From: Candidatus Limnocylindrales bacterium
GTDB lineage: Bacteria > Chloroflexota > Limnocylindria > Limnocylindrales > CSP1-4
Assembly: GCA_036386115.1 (NCBI GenBank)
Contig: DASVJA010000194.1
Location: 1 to 60,789, forward strand
Length of the DNA stretch: 60,789 nucleotides
Direction of reading: 5' to 3'
A model generated the notes under the pieces. It had not been told where the DNA came from. It saw nothing but the letters and a program-made list of their open reading frames with translations, and ran no database searches. The position numbers were made by a program, and so were the translations under genes. How positions within the stretch are numbered: position 1 is the first letter of the stretch; every line of letters starts with the position of its first letter. Below, one piece after another: positions 12,541 through 21,576 of this stretch.

Positions 12541-13883
12541 TGGGCACCTTCCGCCGTGACGGGATCCGGCATGAGAAGCGGATCCGCTACGAGTATCGCC
12601 CTTGCCGCCCCAACCAGATATAGGGAACCCGCAACGATGATCGGGCCACTCCCCGAGGACAGGGCCACGTCCAGGGCAGCCGCCGGATCGCCCCGCGCCT
12701 CGGCAGGTCGCCCCGATATGGTCTTCCAGCGCGCGGCCAGGTCACCGGCCGGTAGTGCGCGCCCGCCCTCCGGGGCCGTGCAGATTACGCGCGCATCGCA
12801 CAGGTAGGCCGCGCCGCTCAGCGCCTCGATCACGCCGTCGACATCCTTGTCCGCCATGATCGCCAACACCAGTGTCGGTCGCCCGGGCTTAAGGAAGGGC
12901 GCCATCGCATCCAGGGCGGCGGCCAGCGACGAGGCCCCAGCCGGGTTGTGGGCCCCGTCCAGGAGAACGTCGCGTCCACCGGTCTCCACCAGTTCCATCC
13001 GCCCCGGCCAGCGAACCGATGCGTACCCGGCCCGGCGCCACTCCCCGCCGACGGTAACGATCCCCGCCGCCTCCAGAGCATCCAGCGTTGCGTCGGCAAC
13101 GGCGACGTTCGCCGCTTGGTGCGGCCCGCGAAGCCCCACGCGGACCCCGCCCAGCCGCCCCAACTCAACCACTATGCCGTCGCGATCCGTCCCGATGAGT
13201 TGCGCGGGCGGGGCCACGACCAGAGGCGCCGCCACGCGGCGACTCCGCCGGGTGATCACATCCAGGGCCGAGCCCCACGCACCGGTGACCGCCAGATCGC
13301 CGCGCATGATGATCGCCGCCTTCTCTTTGGCGATGAGCTCGACAGTCGCACCGAGTCGATCCATATGGTCCAGAGTGACATTCGTCACGACGGCTACGCC
13401 GCCGTCCCAGGCATGAGTTGCATCGAGCCGGCCGCCCAGCCCAACTTCCACGACTCCCACGTCGATGCCCACCTCAGCGAACCAGAGAAACGTGATCGCT
13501 GTCAACAGCTCGAATTCGGTGGGCTCGCCGTGACGCCGGGCGACGCGATCCGCTTCGGCCAGGACGCGCCCGGCCAACGCGGCAAACGTTTCCGGCTCGA
13601 CCGGACGGCCGCCGATCTGCAGCCGCTCGCGGTAGGTGACCAGGTGCGGCTTCGGCGTCTCGCCAACTTTGTACCCTGCGGCTCGCAGCGCCGACCCGAC
13701 CAACGCCAGGACGCTCCCTTTACCGTTGGTACCGGCTATCAAGACGCCTCGGAAGGTCCGCTCGGGATGATCTAGCGCCGCGAGGAGGGCGTTGGTGCGC
13801 GAGAGCCCAAGGTGTATGCCGAATCGGCCGCGAGAAGCGAGCGCGACAAGCGCCTCGGGATAGCTGAGCCGGCTCTGCGTCAA
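12537..13883 (-). CDS. folC: Bifunctional folylpolyglutamate synthase / dihydrofolate synthase
   Basis: P-loop GTNGKGS and Mur-ligase-like layout. 4-nt overlap with folP. Start placed at TTG 13883, nested in the TGA of the upstream ORF (TTGA); GTG 13916 is the alternative. Confidence 0.85.
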   Translation of the reverse strand: MTQSRLSYPEALVALASRGRFGIHLGLSRTNALLAALDHPERTFRGVLIAGTNGKGSVLALVGSALRAAGYKVGETPKPHLVTYRERLQIGGRPVEPETFAALAGRVLAEADRVARRHGEPTEFELLTAITFLWFAEVGIDVGVVEVGLGGRLDATHAWDGGVAVVTNVTLDHMDRLGATVELIAKEKAAIIMRGDLAVTGAWGSALDVITRRSRRVAAPLVVAPPAQLIGTDRDGIVVELGRLGGVRVGLRGPHQAANVAVADATLDALEAAGIVTVGGEWRRAGYASVRWPGRMELVETGGRDVLLDGAHNPAGASSLAAALDAMAPFLKPGRPTLVLAIMADKDVDGVIEALSGAAYLCDARVICTAPEGGRALPAGDLAARWKTISGRPAEARGDPAAALDVALSSGSGPIIVAGSLYLVGAARAILVADPLLMPDPVTAEGAH

Positions 13884-14392
13884 TCCTTTGTCAGGTCGTC
13901 TTCGTAGAAGACGCACTGGTTGAAGCGCGGCGTCAGACAGACGTCGTTGACGTAACCCTGCTCGAGGTGGACTCCGCCCCGAAGCTGGCAGCGCGAGACG
14001 TTCTGCTCCTGACGGATCAGGGCCTTGAGCAGGTGCGGCGCCTGAATGGGAATGGCTCCGCGGCTACCGGTCATGTAGAAGTGCGGACAAACGTTACGGC
14101 GGAGGCTCGGCAACCCGAAACCGCCGCGAGAGGTCGGCATCAACGGGTACCGCGGCGGCGCACCCGGCTCGGCGTGGGTTATTTCGGGATAGCGGGGCGG
14201 AGCGACGCGAGTGGCAATCCGGCCGCTCGGCGGCATGTACCCGGGCCGGGCTGCAGGCTGATGGCCCGCAATGGGCGCGACGCGACGCGGTAGTCCGCCC
14301 CCCGGACGAGCGAAGCCGTCTTCCGGGATTCGGGGTCGATCGGGCTTGGGGTCGCGTCCTTGCACTTTCGCCTCGAACGTGAGCAGACACAC
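13880..14392 (-). CDS. Hypothetical protein: Pro/Arg-rich N-terminal half (PPRYP repeated) and a Cys-containing C-terminal domain
   Basis: Stop overlaps the folC start, so likely co-translated. C-terminal part: CPHFYMTGSRGAIPIQAPHLLKALIRQEQNVSRCQLRGGVHLEQGYVNDVCLTPRFNQCVFYEDD. True start uncertain (GTG 14392 or internal ATGs at 14236/14140/14074). No family recognised. Confidence 0.45.
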   Translation of the reverse strand: MCLLTFEAKVQGRDPKPDRPRIPEDGFARPGGGLPRRVAPIAGHQPAARPGYMPPSGRIATRVAPPRYPEITHAEPGAPPRYPLMPTSRGGFGLPSLRRNVCPHFYMTGSRGAIPIQAPHLLKALIRQEQNVSRCQLRGGVHLEQGYVNDVCLTPRFNQCVFYEDDLTKD

Positions 14393-14629
14393 CTGAACGT
14401 CCGCTCTCTGCAGCAGAGTACAACCAACCGCCCGCGACGCGCACGCTCAGTTCGCGTCACGTCGGTTCGTCCTATTTGCGAGTAGTCGGCGCCACTCTGG
14501 TGGACTGATGCGACAATAGGAACCATGCCGATGCGAGAACGACGATCTGCCCACGTCCGGCCCCGGCCACCCTCCAGTGACCGACTACCCGATCGAACGA
14601 TCCGAGCTTCCGCACCACCTGTGGACGTG

Positions 14630-15730
14630 ATGCGGCGGTATCGCACTCCAAGGCCGAGCACGCGCGTCTCGCCGCCGATGGCGATGGTGCTGATCGGCGC
14701 CAGCGTCGTCCTGGGGCTGCTGACGCTCACGGTCGGAGCGACGTTGGCTGCCAACACCATCGGAGGCATTTCCCAGGCTCTCACAGACTCATTCAATCGC
14801 GCGTCGTCGCAGGCCCCGGCCACGGCGCCTCCATCCGGCGTCCAGTTGGACACACCGGCCCTGGACGCACCGCCCAACAGTGGCTACACGAACCAGTCGT
14901 CGATCCTCCTGCAAGGCACATTGCCCGCGGCATCGGTCGGCAAGCAGGGATACACGGTTCACATATACCTACAGGGCAAGACCGGCACCAAACGCGAAGT
15001 CGCGATTGTCACGGTCGGAGGAACCACTCGCTTCACGACTCCCGCCCTGAACCTTATCGAAGGCAGCAACGTGTTCTACGCCACGCTCGCCTCCCCTAAG
15101 GGCGAAGGGCAGGCTTCACCTCCGGTGACATACATCCTGGATACCGCCGCGCCGAAGATCGCGGTCAAGTCGCCGGCCTCAGGTGCCAAGGTTTCCACCT
15201 CGAAGGCAACCATTTCGGGGACTTGCGACGCCGGGGCCACCGTCTCGATACGAAACGAGCAGGCACCCGGCGGTGCGTACAACAGCCTGGTGGTTGGCTC
15301 AGACGGCGCCTTCTCATTCGCTGTTCCGGTGGTAGCCGGCCCAAACACGATCGACCTTGCCGCGACGGACCAGGCCGGCAATTCGAGTTCCACCAGCATG
15401 ATCGTCAAACGTGACTACGGCCAGCTGGCCGCCCATCTCTCGGCCTCGCCCGTCAAGTTCGCCTCGTCTTCGCAGACGACCCTGAAGTTGACGCTCCGTG
15501 CCACGTCCTTCAACGGCGGAGTCCTGGCCAACGCCACCGTGACGTTCACAGTCATGATCCAGGGCCTCGGCCCGATCGTCTCGCCCGAGATGACGACGGA
15601 CGCAACCGGCACGGTCACCTGGCAGGTCGCAGTCTCCGGCGCCACTGCCGGAATCGGCCAGGCAAGCGTCCTGGTCACCTCTCCGGACGGTGATCAGGTC
15701 ACGGCGACCGTTAAGATCACGACCACCTAG
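14630..15730 (+). CDS. Membrane-anchored extracellular protein with tandem bacterial Ig-like domains
   Basis: Signal anchor (MAMVLIGASVVLGLLTLTV), then repeated beta-sandwich-like segments (ISGTCDAGATVSI..., VTFTVMIQG..., VTATVKITT). Start trimmed to ATG 14630; the track ORF begins at 14525. Confidence 0.6.
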   Translation: MRRYRTPRPSTRVSPPMAMVLIGASVVLGLLTLTVGATLAANTIGGISQALTDSFNRASSQAPATAPPSGVQLDTPALDAPPNSGYTNQSSILLQGTLPAASVGKQGYTVHIYLQGKTGTKREVAIVTVGGTTRFTTPALNLIEGSNVFYATLASPKGEGQASPPVTYILDTAAPKIAVKSPASGAKVSTSKATISGTCDAGATVSIRNEQAPGGAYNSLVVGSDGAFSFAVPVVAGPNTIDLAATDQAGNSSSTSMIVKRDYGQLAAHLSASPVKFASSSQTTLKLTLRATSFNGGVLANATVTFTVMIQGLGPIVSPEMTTDATGTVTWQVAVSGATAGIGQASVLVTSPDGDQVTATVKITTT

Positions 15731-15762
15731 CAGAACCGCTCTCGCGTCGAAGCAATCGCAGC

Positions 15763-15768
15763 TACAAT
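15763..15768 (+). promoter_or_regulatory. -10 box TACAAT, 6 nt upstream of ATG 15775 (leaderless arrangement)
   Basis: gc-TACAAT-cgaacc-ATG. No SD. Confidence 0.5.
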
Positions 15769-15774
15769 CGAACC

Positions 15775-16266
15775 ATGGCCGGCTGGCGCTGCCCCCACTG
15801 CGGATCGCCTCAAGCGGAAACGTCGAGGTGCTGGGTTTGCCACCGCTCGACGACCTCCTGCTCCTCCTGCCGCCACTTCCGTAAGTCCATCGCCGGGCGC
15901 CTGGGATACTGCGCCAAGGACAAGAGCCGCACTCCCATCGACGGAACGGAGCAGCGGGCGTGCTGGGAGCGATCCTCCGCGGAGGAATTCGAGGCCGCCG
16001 CCACTGCTTCTCCAGGCCGGGCCCTGCCTGTTGCCACGTCGTCCGGAATCGGCCTGTGGGGCGCGGTGGTCTCGGGCGAGGAGCCACCGGATAGAGACGC
16101 ACCCGCCTTCGGAATGTGGACGGAGTCCGACTCGAGCAGGGACCCAGAAGCGGACCGCCGCCAGCACGGAAGTTCTATTCGGACACAGCCCTGGGGCCCT
16201 GTACCCGGCCACCGCGAGGTCAGCGGCTGGCGGCGCGGGGTCAGAGCGGCAACCCGGAGAGGCTGA
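15775..16266 (+). CDS. Zinc-ribbon protein (N-terminal CxxC pairs) with a disordered C-terminus
   Basis: WRCPHCGSPQAETSRCWVCHRSTTSCSSCRHF has three CxxC pairs. Leaderless-type promoter directly upstream. Confidence 0.5.
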   Translation: MAGWRCPHCGSPQAETSRCWVCHRSTTSCSSCRHFRKSIAGRLGYCAKDKSRTPIDGTEQRACWERSSAEEFEAAATASPGRALPVATSSGIGLWGAVVSGEEPPDRDAPAFGMWTESDSSRDPEADRRQHGSSIRTQPWGPVPGHREVSGWRRGVRAATRRG

Positions 16267-16277
16267 CTCGAGACGGG

Positions 16278-18113
16278 TTAGGCGACGGACGGCGCCGCCG
16301 TGGGTGTCGGCGGCGGCGTCGTCGGCGGCGGCGTAGGAGTCGGGACCGGCGTAGGAAGCGGCGTGGGGATCGGCGTCGGCGATGGACTCGGACTCGGCGA
16401 CGGAGTGGGCGAGGGCGTCGGTTCCGGGCCCTTGGAGACCACGTAGTTGACCGTGGAGCCGTACTGAGCCAGGGTGCCGGAGTGCGGATCCTGAGTCACG
16501 ACCTGACCGGCCGGGACCACGGGGTCGTATTGATCGCTGCGGTTGCCCGGCGTGAGCCCGGCCGTGGTTATGGCCGTTCTGGCATCGTTCTCGGTCTTGC
16601 CGGTGACGTCCGGAACGATAACCGTCCCCGGGCCGGTCACGATGGTCACAATGATCGTGTCACCGACATTGATGGTTGTTCCCGCGAGCGGGTTCTGAGA
16701 AACGATCGTGTTCTCGGCCTGGGTCCCGGTGTTGGCCTGGTATGTTGGCGAGACCGAGAATCCCAATCGCTGCCCATCTTGCTGGGCCTGCTGGAGCGTG
16801 TAAGACGCCAGGTTGGGGGCCAGGATCGTGGAAGGCGCTGCCTTGGGGGCGCCGACCGTGAGCAGAAACACGATGAACCCGACGATCGCGATCAGCAGTA
16901 TCCCGAGCACCCCTGCAACCCAGGCCCAAGGGCTTGTGCGCCCCTCCTCGTCGTCAAGATCATCGTCCAGTCCGGCTTTGCGGGCCTGGCGCCGGGCCCG
17001 GCCCGGCTCGAGCGCGTACGAATCCTCCGTGTCGTCGTCCGAATCGAAGCCCTTGAAGTTGCTCGGACCGGAGGCATAGGCATCGTCCGAGTAGAAGTTG
17101 CGAGATGGCCGCGGGGCGGCGGCCGGGATGAGCGGTTCGGCGGCAACAGCCGGTCGCGGGATGTACGGGACAGCCGGCCGGGCCATGTCGGCCGACTCTT
17201 CGGCACCGTCTGCAGCGGACTCTGCGGCCGTGGCCTCGCCTCCGTAAACGAACGCTTCCAATGCATCTGCGACGAGGGCCGCCGATGCATATCGCAAATC
17301 CACATTGGGCGAGAGGGCGCGCATCGTCACTTCGTCGAGGACGGCCGGGACGGCTGGCTTGATAGTCGACGGCTTCGGGGGCGGCCCGGCCTTGCGCGCG
17401 GCGACTATCTCCTCCAGCGTCTCCCCCACCCATGGGGCGCGGCCCGTGAGCATCTCATATAGCAAGAACCCGAGCGCCTCTACGTCCGAGGCCTCGGAAG
17501 GCGCGGTGATGGTCCGCGGATCCGGTCTCCGGCCTGCCTGGGAAGAGCCAATGTCCGGATGGTTCTTTATGTTGGCGTTGGTGGCGTCGTTCACGGCCGC
17601 GGCCGCCCTGGCTACGCCGAAGTCGGTGACCTTGACGTGGCCGTCGCGAGTCACCATCACGTTGCTGGGCTGCAGGTCCCCGTGAGGCAAGCCGCGATCG
17701 TGAGCGGCCTGAAGCGCCCTTGCGGCCTCGGCCACGGCCCGGGCGGCCCGGCGTGGCGGAACCGGCCCATTTCGTTCCAGGAGAGTGGCCAGGTCTGCCC
17801 CATCCACATACTCGGAAACCAAGAAGGCTCCCGAACGCTCCGTACCGAAGTCCAGCACGCGGGCGATGTTGGGGTGATCTACGTTGGCCGCGACACGAGA
17901 CTGCCAGCGGAAGTCCGACATGAAGTCGGGGTCCCTGGAGAACTCCGGCCGCAACATCTTGACGGCGACATCGTGATTCGCCTGGATGTCGGTAGCGCGA
18001 TATACCGTCGCGTAGCTGCCCTCTCCGAGCAACTCAACGAGCTTGTAGCGGCCCCCGATCATCCGTCCGATATCGGCCACGAAGCTCCTCATCTGGCTGG
18101 TGCGCGAGTGCAC
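16278..18113 (-). CDS. Ser/Thr protein kinase with TM helix, PASTA repeats and Pro/Thr-rich C-terminal tail (PknB-like)
   Basis: Gly loop LGEGSYATV, VAVK, DFG, APE-like region, TM (GVLGILLIAIVGFIVFLL), PASTA-like repeats (VPDVTGKTENDARTAITTAGL...). ATG at codon 18 (MIGGRYKL) is an alternative start. Confidence 0.9.
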   Translation of the reverse strand: MHSRTSQMRSFVADIGRMIGGRYKLVELLGEGSYATVYRATDIQANHDVAVKMLRPEFSRDPDFMSDFRWQSRVAANVDHPNIARVLDFGTERSGAFLVSEYVDGADLATLLERNGPVPPRRAARAVAEAARALQAAHDRGLPHGDLQPSNVMVTRDGHVKVTDFGVARAAAAVNDATNANIKNHPDIGSSQAGRRPDPRTITAPSEASDVEALGFLLYEMLTGRAPWVGETLEEIVAARKAGPPPKPSTIKPAVPAVLDEVTMRALSPNVDLRYASAALVADALEAFVYGGEATAAESAADGAEESADMARPAVPYIPRPAVAAEPLIPAAAPRPSRNFYSDDAYASGPSNFKGFDSDDDTEDSYALEPGRARRQARKAGLDDDLDDEEGRTSPWAWVAGVLGILLIAIVGFIVFLLTVGAPKAAPSTILAPNLASYTLQQAQQDGQRLGFSVSPTYQANTGTQAENTIVSQNPLAGTTINVGDTIIVTIVTGPGTVIVPDVTGKTENDARTAITTAGLTPGNRSDQYDPVVPAGQVVTQDPHSGTLAQYGSTVNYVVSKGPEPTPSPTPSPSPSPSPTPIPTPLPTPVPTPTPPPTTPPPTPTAAPSVA

Positions 18114-18157
18114 GTTACGCAGGCTGCCCGACCGGACGTATCCGGTTTAGCGGAACG

Positions 18158-19030
18158 TCAACTCAGGTCAAGCGTCTGCAGGTATTGACGGAACTGGCTC
18201 CCGATGTCCTGTCGCTGGAGCGCCAGTTCTACAGACGCTTCAAGCCAGCCCATCGTGGTGCCGGCATCGTAGCGCACGCCGTCGAAGGCGTAGCCGTAGA
18301 CATCCTGTTCCTTCATGAGGTCCTGGATGGCGTCGGTCAGCTGGATCTCGCCGCCCGCGCCGTGGGGAGTCTGCTCGAGCTTGTCGAAGATCTTGGGCGT
18401 AAGGATGTATCGCCCGATGATGGCCAGATTCGAAGGCGCCTCGCCGGCAGCGGGCTTCTCGACCAGGCCGGAGACCTTGTACAGGCGGTCGTCGTCTGGG
18501 ACTACCTCGCCGGCGATGACTCCATACCGGTGAGTCTGCTCCTGGGGCACTTCCATGACCGCCACGACGGAGCAGTGCGTCTTCTCGTAGGCATGGATCA
18601 GCTGGCCGATGCAGGGGCGTTCGCCAACGACGACGTCATCCGAAAGGATCACCGCGAACGGCTCGTGACCCACCAGATCCTTGGCCATCAACACGGCATG
18701 GCCGAGGCCGAGCTGTTCCTTCTGACGGACGTATGAGATCTGCGCGAGATCCGAGATGGCGCGAATCTGGCGCAGCATCTCGATATCGCCGCGAGCTTCC
18801 AGCAGCTGCTCCAGCTCCACGCTGATATCGAAGTGGTCCTCGATGGCACGCTTCTGGCTGCTGGTGACGATGATGACCTGCTCTATGCCGGCAGCGACGG
18901 CCTCTTCAACCGCATACTGAATTACCGGCTTGTCAACGAGCGGGAGCATCTCCTTGGGCTGGGCCTTTGTGGCCGGAAGGAAACGGGTTCCCCAGCCCGC
19001 GGCCGGAAATACCGCTTTTCGTACGCGCAT
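18158..19030 (-). CDS. galU: UTP--glucose-1-phosphate uridylyltransferase
   Basis: AVFPAAGWGTRFLPATKAQPKEMLPLVDKPVIQY and VEKP motifs. GAGGG SD lies inside the end of the upstream ORF. Confidence 0.9.
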   Translation of the reverse strand: MRVRKAVFPAAGWGTRFLPATKAQPKEMLPLVDKPVIQYAVEEAVAAGIEQVIIVTSSQKRAIEDHFDISVELEQLLEARGDIEMLRQIRAISDLAQISYVRQKEQLGLGHAVLMAKDLVGHEPFAVILSDDVVVGERPCIGQLIHAYEKTHCSVVAVMEVPQEQTHRYGVIAGEVVPDDDRLYKVSGLVEKPAAGEAPSNLAIIGRYILTPKIFDKLEQTPHGAGGEIQLTDAIQDLMKEQDVYGYAFDGVRYDAGTTMGWLEASVELALQRQDIGSQFRQYLQTLDLS

Positions 19031-19036
19031 TTGCCC

Positions 19037-19414
19037 TCAGCTTCGATCGGTCGCAACGGCGGCCGGGTCGATAAATACATGGTCGTCGCGATGAATGCCA
19101 TCACACAGGCCCAGCCGGGGCGGCTCAGCCGGCAACCAGATCGGCCGCATTATCTGCCTAACCTCTGATCGCTTGCAAAAGAGCATTCCGCGCCGGGCCA
19201 TCCAGGCAAGGACGTGGCTGGCATCGCTGTGGAACTCGAATGGCCCCGGATTCAAGCGGCTGGAGTCCGTCCACGACACCGGCGCCTCGGGGGCGAGGGC
19301 ATCGAGAATGCTGACCCGCCACGGCCGGCCTGTGATTGGCTCTCCGCAACCAGAGCAACGACCGGCTATGTTCTCAGTAACGATCGTAGGAATCCGGACG
19401 CCGTACAGTTCCAT
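19037..19414 (-). CDS. Hypothetical protein (125 aa), co-transcribed with galU
   Basis: Stop is 6 nt before the galU ATG. Start trimmed to ATG 19414 (MELYGVRIP...). The track extension to 19663 is Ser/Arg/Ala junk antisense to a better small gene. TACGAT box at 19424-19429 lies 9 nt upstream. Confidence 0.45.
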   Translation of the reverse strand: MELYGVRIPTIVTENIAGRCSGCGEPITGRPWRVSILDALAPEAPVSWTDSSRLNPGPFEFHSDASHVLAWMARRGMLFCKRSEVRQIMRPIWLPAEPPRLGLCDGIHRDDHVFIDPAAVATDRS

Positions 19415-19454
19415 CGCGGCCGGATCGTAGCAGGTCGCAGGTAGAAAGGGGCGG

Positions 19455-19670
19455 ATGGCGGACTCAATGGACGAAGATCGGGACGATTTGACCCCCTCCG
19501 AGGCGGCGCGCGAGCGGCGCCGTGACCGCGCGGCCGAAGCGCACGCGCGGGCCGGCATGAACACAGGGCTGGCCAAGCAGTTCAAACAGGTCCTGGATAT
19601 GCAGGTCAAGCGGGCCAAAGAAGCCGAAGGCGAAGGCATCGCACCGAAAGCACGGCGGCGCAAGGCCTGA
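19455..19670 (+). CDS. Small basic/acidic-rich helical protein (71 aa), unknown function
   Basis: AAAGGGG lies 4-5 nt upstream of the ATG. Third-position G+C about 77% by hand count. Composition: DEDRDDLTPSEAARERRRDRAAEAH...KQFKQVLDMQVKRAKEAEGE. Confidence 0.45.
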   Translation: MADSMDEDRDDLTPSEAARERRRDRAAEAHARAGMNTGLAKQFKQVLDMQVKRAKEAEGEGIAPKARRRKA

Positions 19671-19682
19671 CATCGCCCGCGT

Positions 19683-21404
19683 TCAGCTGCCGAAGGTGAA
19701 CGAGTAGCAACGAGCCCCGGCGGCGCCGAAGGTGATCACGACGGTTCCTCGGGCGGCGGCCGGCAGATGGACCACGTGATACAGGCGAGCCATCCCGACT
19801 GTCATCGAGCCATCGGCGGCAACATCTTCGGTGGCCGCCGCGCCCACGGCCCCGGAGACCACGACGTTCACCGGCACCGGGGAATCTGCAGATGCCACCA
19901 GATACACGTCTCGGGCCAGGAACGAAAGCTCAAGCTTGTCGCCGGCCATGGTGGCGGTCGCGTACTCATTCTGGAAGTCGAACGTGCCGGAAACGGCAAA
20001 CCCGTCATCTGGTAACGAGGCCGGGAAGGTGTACTGCTTAGGCCCGGCGATGACGAACTCCGGGGACGAAAAGCCTCTGGCCCGGTTTGTGCCGATATAC
20101 GTCTCCGGCGTCTGGCCGTTCTGGTACGCGGAGGGCGCTTGCGATGTGCTCGCGCTGGGCAGAGTGGACTTCCCGGCCTCGGCCAGGAGGGCCCGAATCT
20201 CGGTCTCCGTCTGGGAGTAGCCGCCCTCGCCGTAGTGGCTGGAGCGAATGATGCCCGTCGCATCAATCAGGTAGTCCGCCGGCCAGTAGTTGTTGTCGTA
20301 CGCGGTCCAAGTTCCATATTTGTTGTCCTGCGCAACCGGGTACGTGATCCCAAATCGCGCGATCGCCGCGGCGACATTGCCGGTGTCGTGCTCGAACTCG
20401 AATTCCGGCGAATGGACGCCAACGACCACAAAGCCTTGCGAGGCATACTTCTGGTACCAGCTCTCAACGTAGGGCAGGGTCCGTATGCAGTTGATGCAGG
20501 AGTAGGTCCAGAAGTCCACCAGGACCACCTTGCCGCGCAGACCGGCCATCGTGAGCGGGCTCGAGTTGAGCCAGTGGTCGATGCCTGTGAATTCAGGGGC
20601 CTCCGGGCCGGAGCGGCTCAGCGCGGCCGCACCGGACGCCGCGCCGTTGTCTTCCAGCGCAGCCTGGACCGGCGACGAACGTTCCAGCGTCTGCAGCGTG
20701 TCGGTCCAATTGGGCAGGGCCGAGGTCAGGTCGGCCGAGAGTGCGGTGTCGGCGCCGACGGCCATCAAGCCGGCGGTCACCAGAACCAGGGCGCCGAAGG
20801 CACGGCTTGCCCAGGCCGACGCGGAACGCAGCTTGAGCCTCGCCAACGCCTCGCGGCCGCCGAGCGCGATTGCCAGCAGCGGCAACCCGGCACCGATCGA
20901 ATAGGAGATGACGAGGATGATCGTGGAAGCTCGGCCTGGAGCGGTTACCGCGAGGCTCGTGATCGCGCCGAGGATCGGGCCCGCGCACGGCGTCCAAACG
21001 AGGCCGAGGCCGACACCCGTGATCAACCCGCCGACGATGCTCCCGCGCGAGGCGGCCGTCGTGCCCGTCCCGGCAAGGCGGACGCCTACCGCCGGCAACC
21101 GCGCGGTCAGTCTATCGAAGCGCGCCGTCACGGCCGGAACCAGGAGCGTCAGCCCGAAGACCGCGATGATGACGATTGCCGCGTCGCGCAGGATCGAGCT
21201 CGGCAGATGCAGCCCTTCGACGATGGCGACGCTGGCCAGCGTGAAGAACGAGAAGCTGGCGATCAACCCGGCGATGACCAGAAACGGCCGGCGGCGGTCG
21301 CCGTCGGCTCCGGTCGCCAGAACAATCGGAAGGATCGGCAGGACGCACGGCGAGACGGCCGTGACCAGACCTGCGACGAAGGAGACCATCACCAGAACGA
21401 GCAT
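19683..21404 (-). CDS. dipZ: DipZ-type fusion protein: CcdA/DsbD-like membrane domain + thioredoxin-like domain + C-terminal beta-sandwich domain
   Basis: CcdA motifs VSPCVLPILP and WTPCAGP, redoxin motif WTYSCINCIRTLP, about 170-aa C-terminal extension. Confidence 0.85.
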   Translation of the reverse strand: MLVLVMVSFVAGLVTAVSPCVLPILPIVLATGADGDRRRPFLVIAGLIASFSFFTLASVAIVEGLHLPSSILRDAAIVIIAVFGLTLLVPAVTARFDRLTARLPAVGVRLAGTGTTAASRGSIVGGLITGVGLGLVWTPCAGPILGAITSLAVTAPGRASTIILVISYSIGAGLPLLAIALGGREALARLKLRSASAWASRAFGALVLVTAGLMAVGADTALSADLTSALPNWTDTLQTLERSSPVQAALEDNGAASGAAALSRSGPEAPEFTGIDHWLNSSPLTMAGLRGKVVLVDFWTYSCINCIRTLPYVESWYQKYASQGFVVVGVHSPEFEFEHDTGNVAAAIARFGITYPVAQDNKYGTWTAYDNNYWPADYLIDATGIIRSSHYGEGGYSQTETEIRALLAEAGKSTLPSASTSQAPSAYQNGQTPETYIGTNRARGFSSPEFVIAGPKQYTFPASLPDDGFAVSGTFDFQNEYATATMAGDKLELSFLARDVYLVASADSPVPVNVVVSGAVGAAATEDVAADGSMTVGMARLYHVVHLPAAARGTVVITFGAAGARCYSFTFGS

Positions 21405-21410
21405 CGACCC

Positions 21411-21416
21411 AGGCTA
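21411..21416 (-). promoter_or_regulatory. -10 box TAGCCT, 6 nt upstream of the DipZ ATG (leaderless arrangement)
   Basis: Minus strand reads TAGCCT-gggtcg-ATG. The same 11-mer TAGCCTGGGTC also precedes ATG 256. Confidence 0.4.
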
Positions 21417-21461
21417 GTCTCATGCTTCTGGCGTGCGGCCGGCGCCCGGGCGCGGTCCACG

Positions 21462-21562
21462 CAGCGGGACCGATGCTTTCCCCGGTCGCTACCCTTGGCA
21501 TTGATTTAGCCAAGCCCTTAAGCGTTTGAGTGGCCTGCCCCGTCTATCAGACGTGATGACCT
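21462..21562 (+). repeat. Copy 1 of a ~100-bp duplicated intergenic module (promoter/operator or leader-RNA candidate) upstream of the ECF sigma gene
   Basis: Aligns by hand with 24642..24744. Shared blocks: CCGGTCGCT, CTTGGC, TGATTT, CTT[A/G]AGCG, TTGAGTGGCC[T/C]GCC, CGTC-loop-GACG, GTGATGACCT. Confidence 0.6.
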
Positions 21563-21576
21563 ACCAGAGGGGCGCA

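Noticed and set aside
16116-17462. Long antisense ORFs opposite real genes: 16116..17462, 20139..21509, 33766..34917, 35128..36591, 52729..53934, 57509..58894, and many 60-200-aa ORFs.
   Set aside because: Their translations are Arg/Gly/Pro/Ala-rich low-complexity sequence with no motifs. Each lies opposite a gene with clear family signatures. Stop-codon-poor antisense frames are expected in GC-rich DNA.
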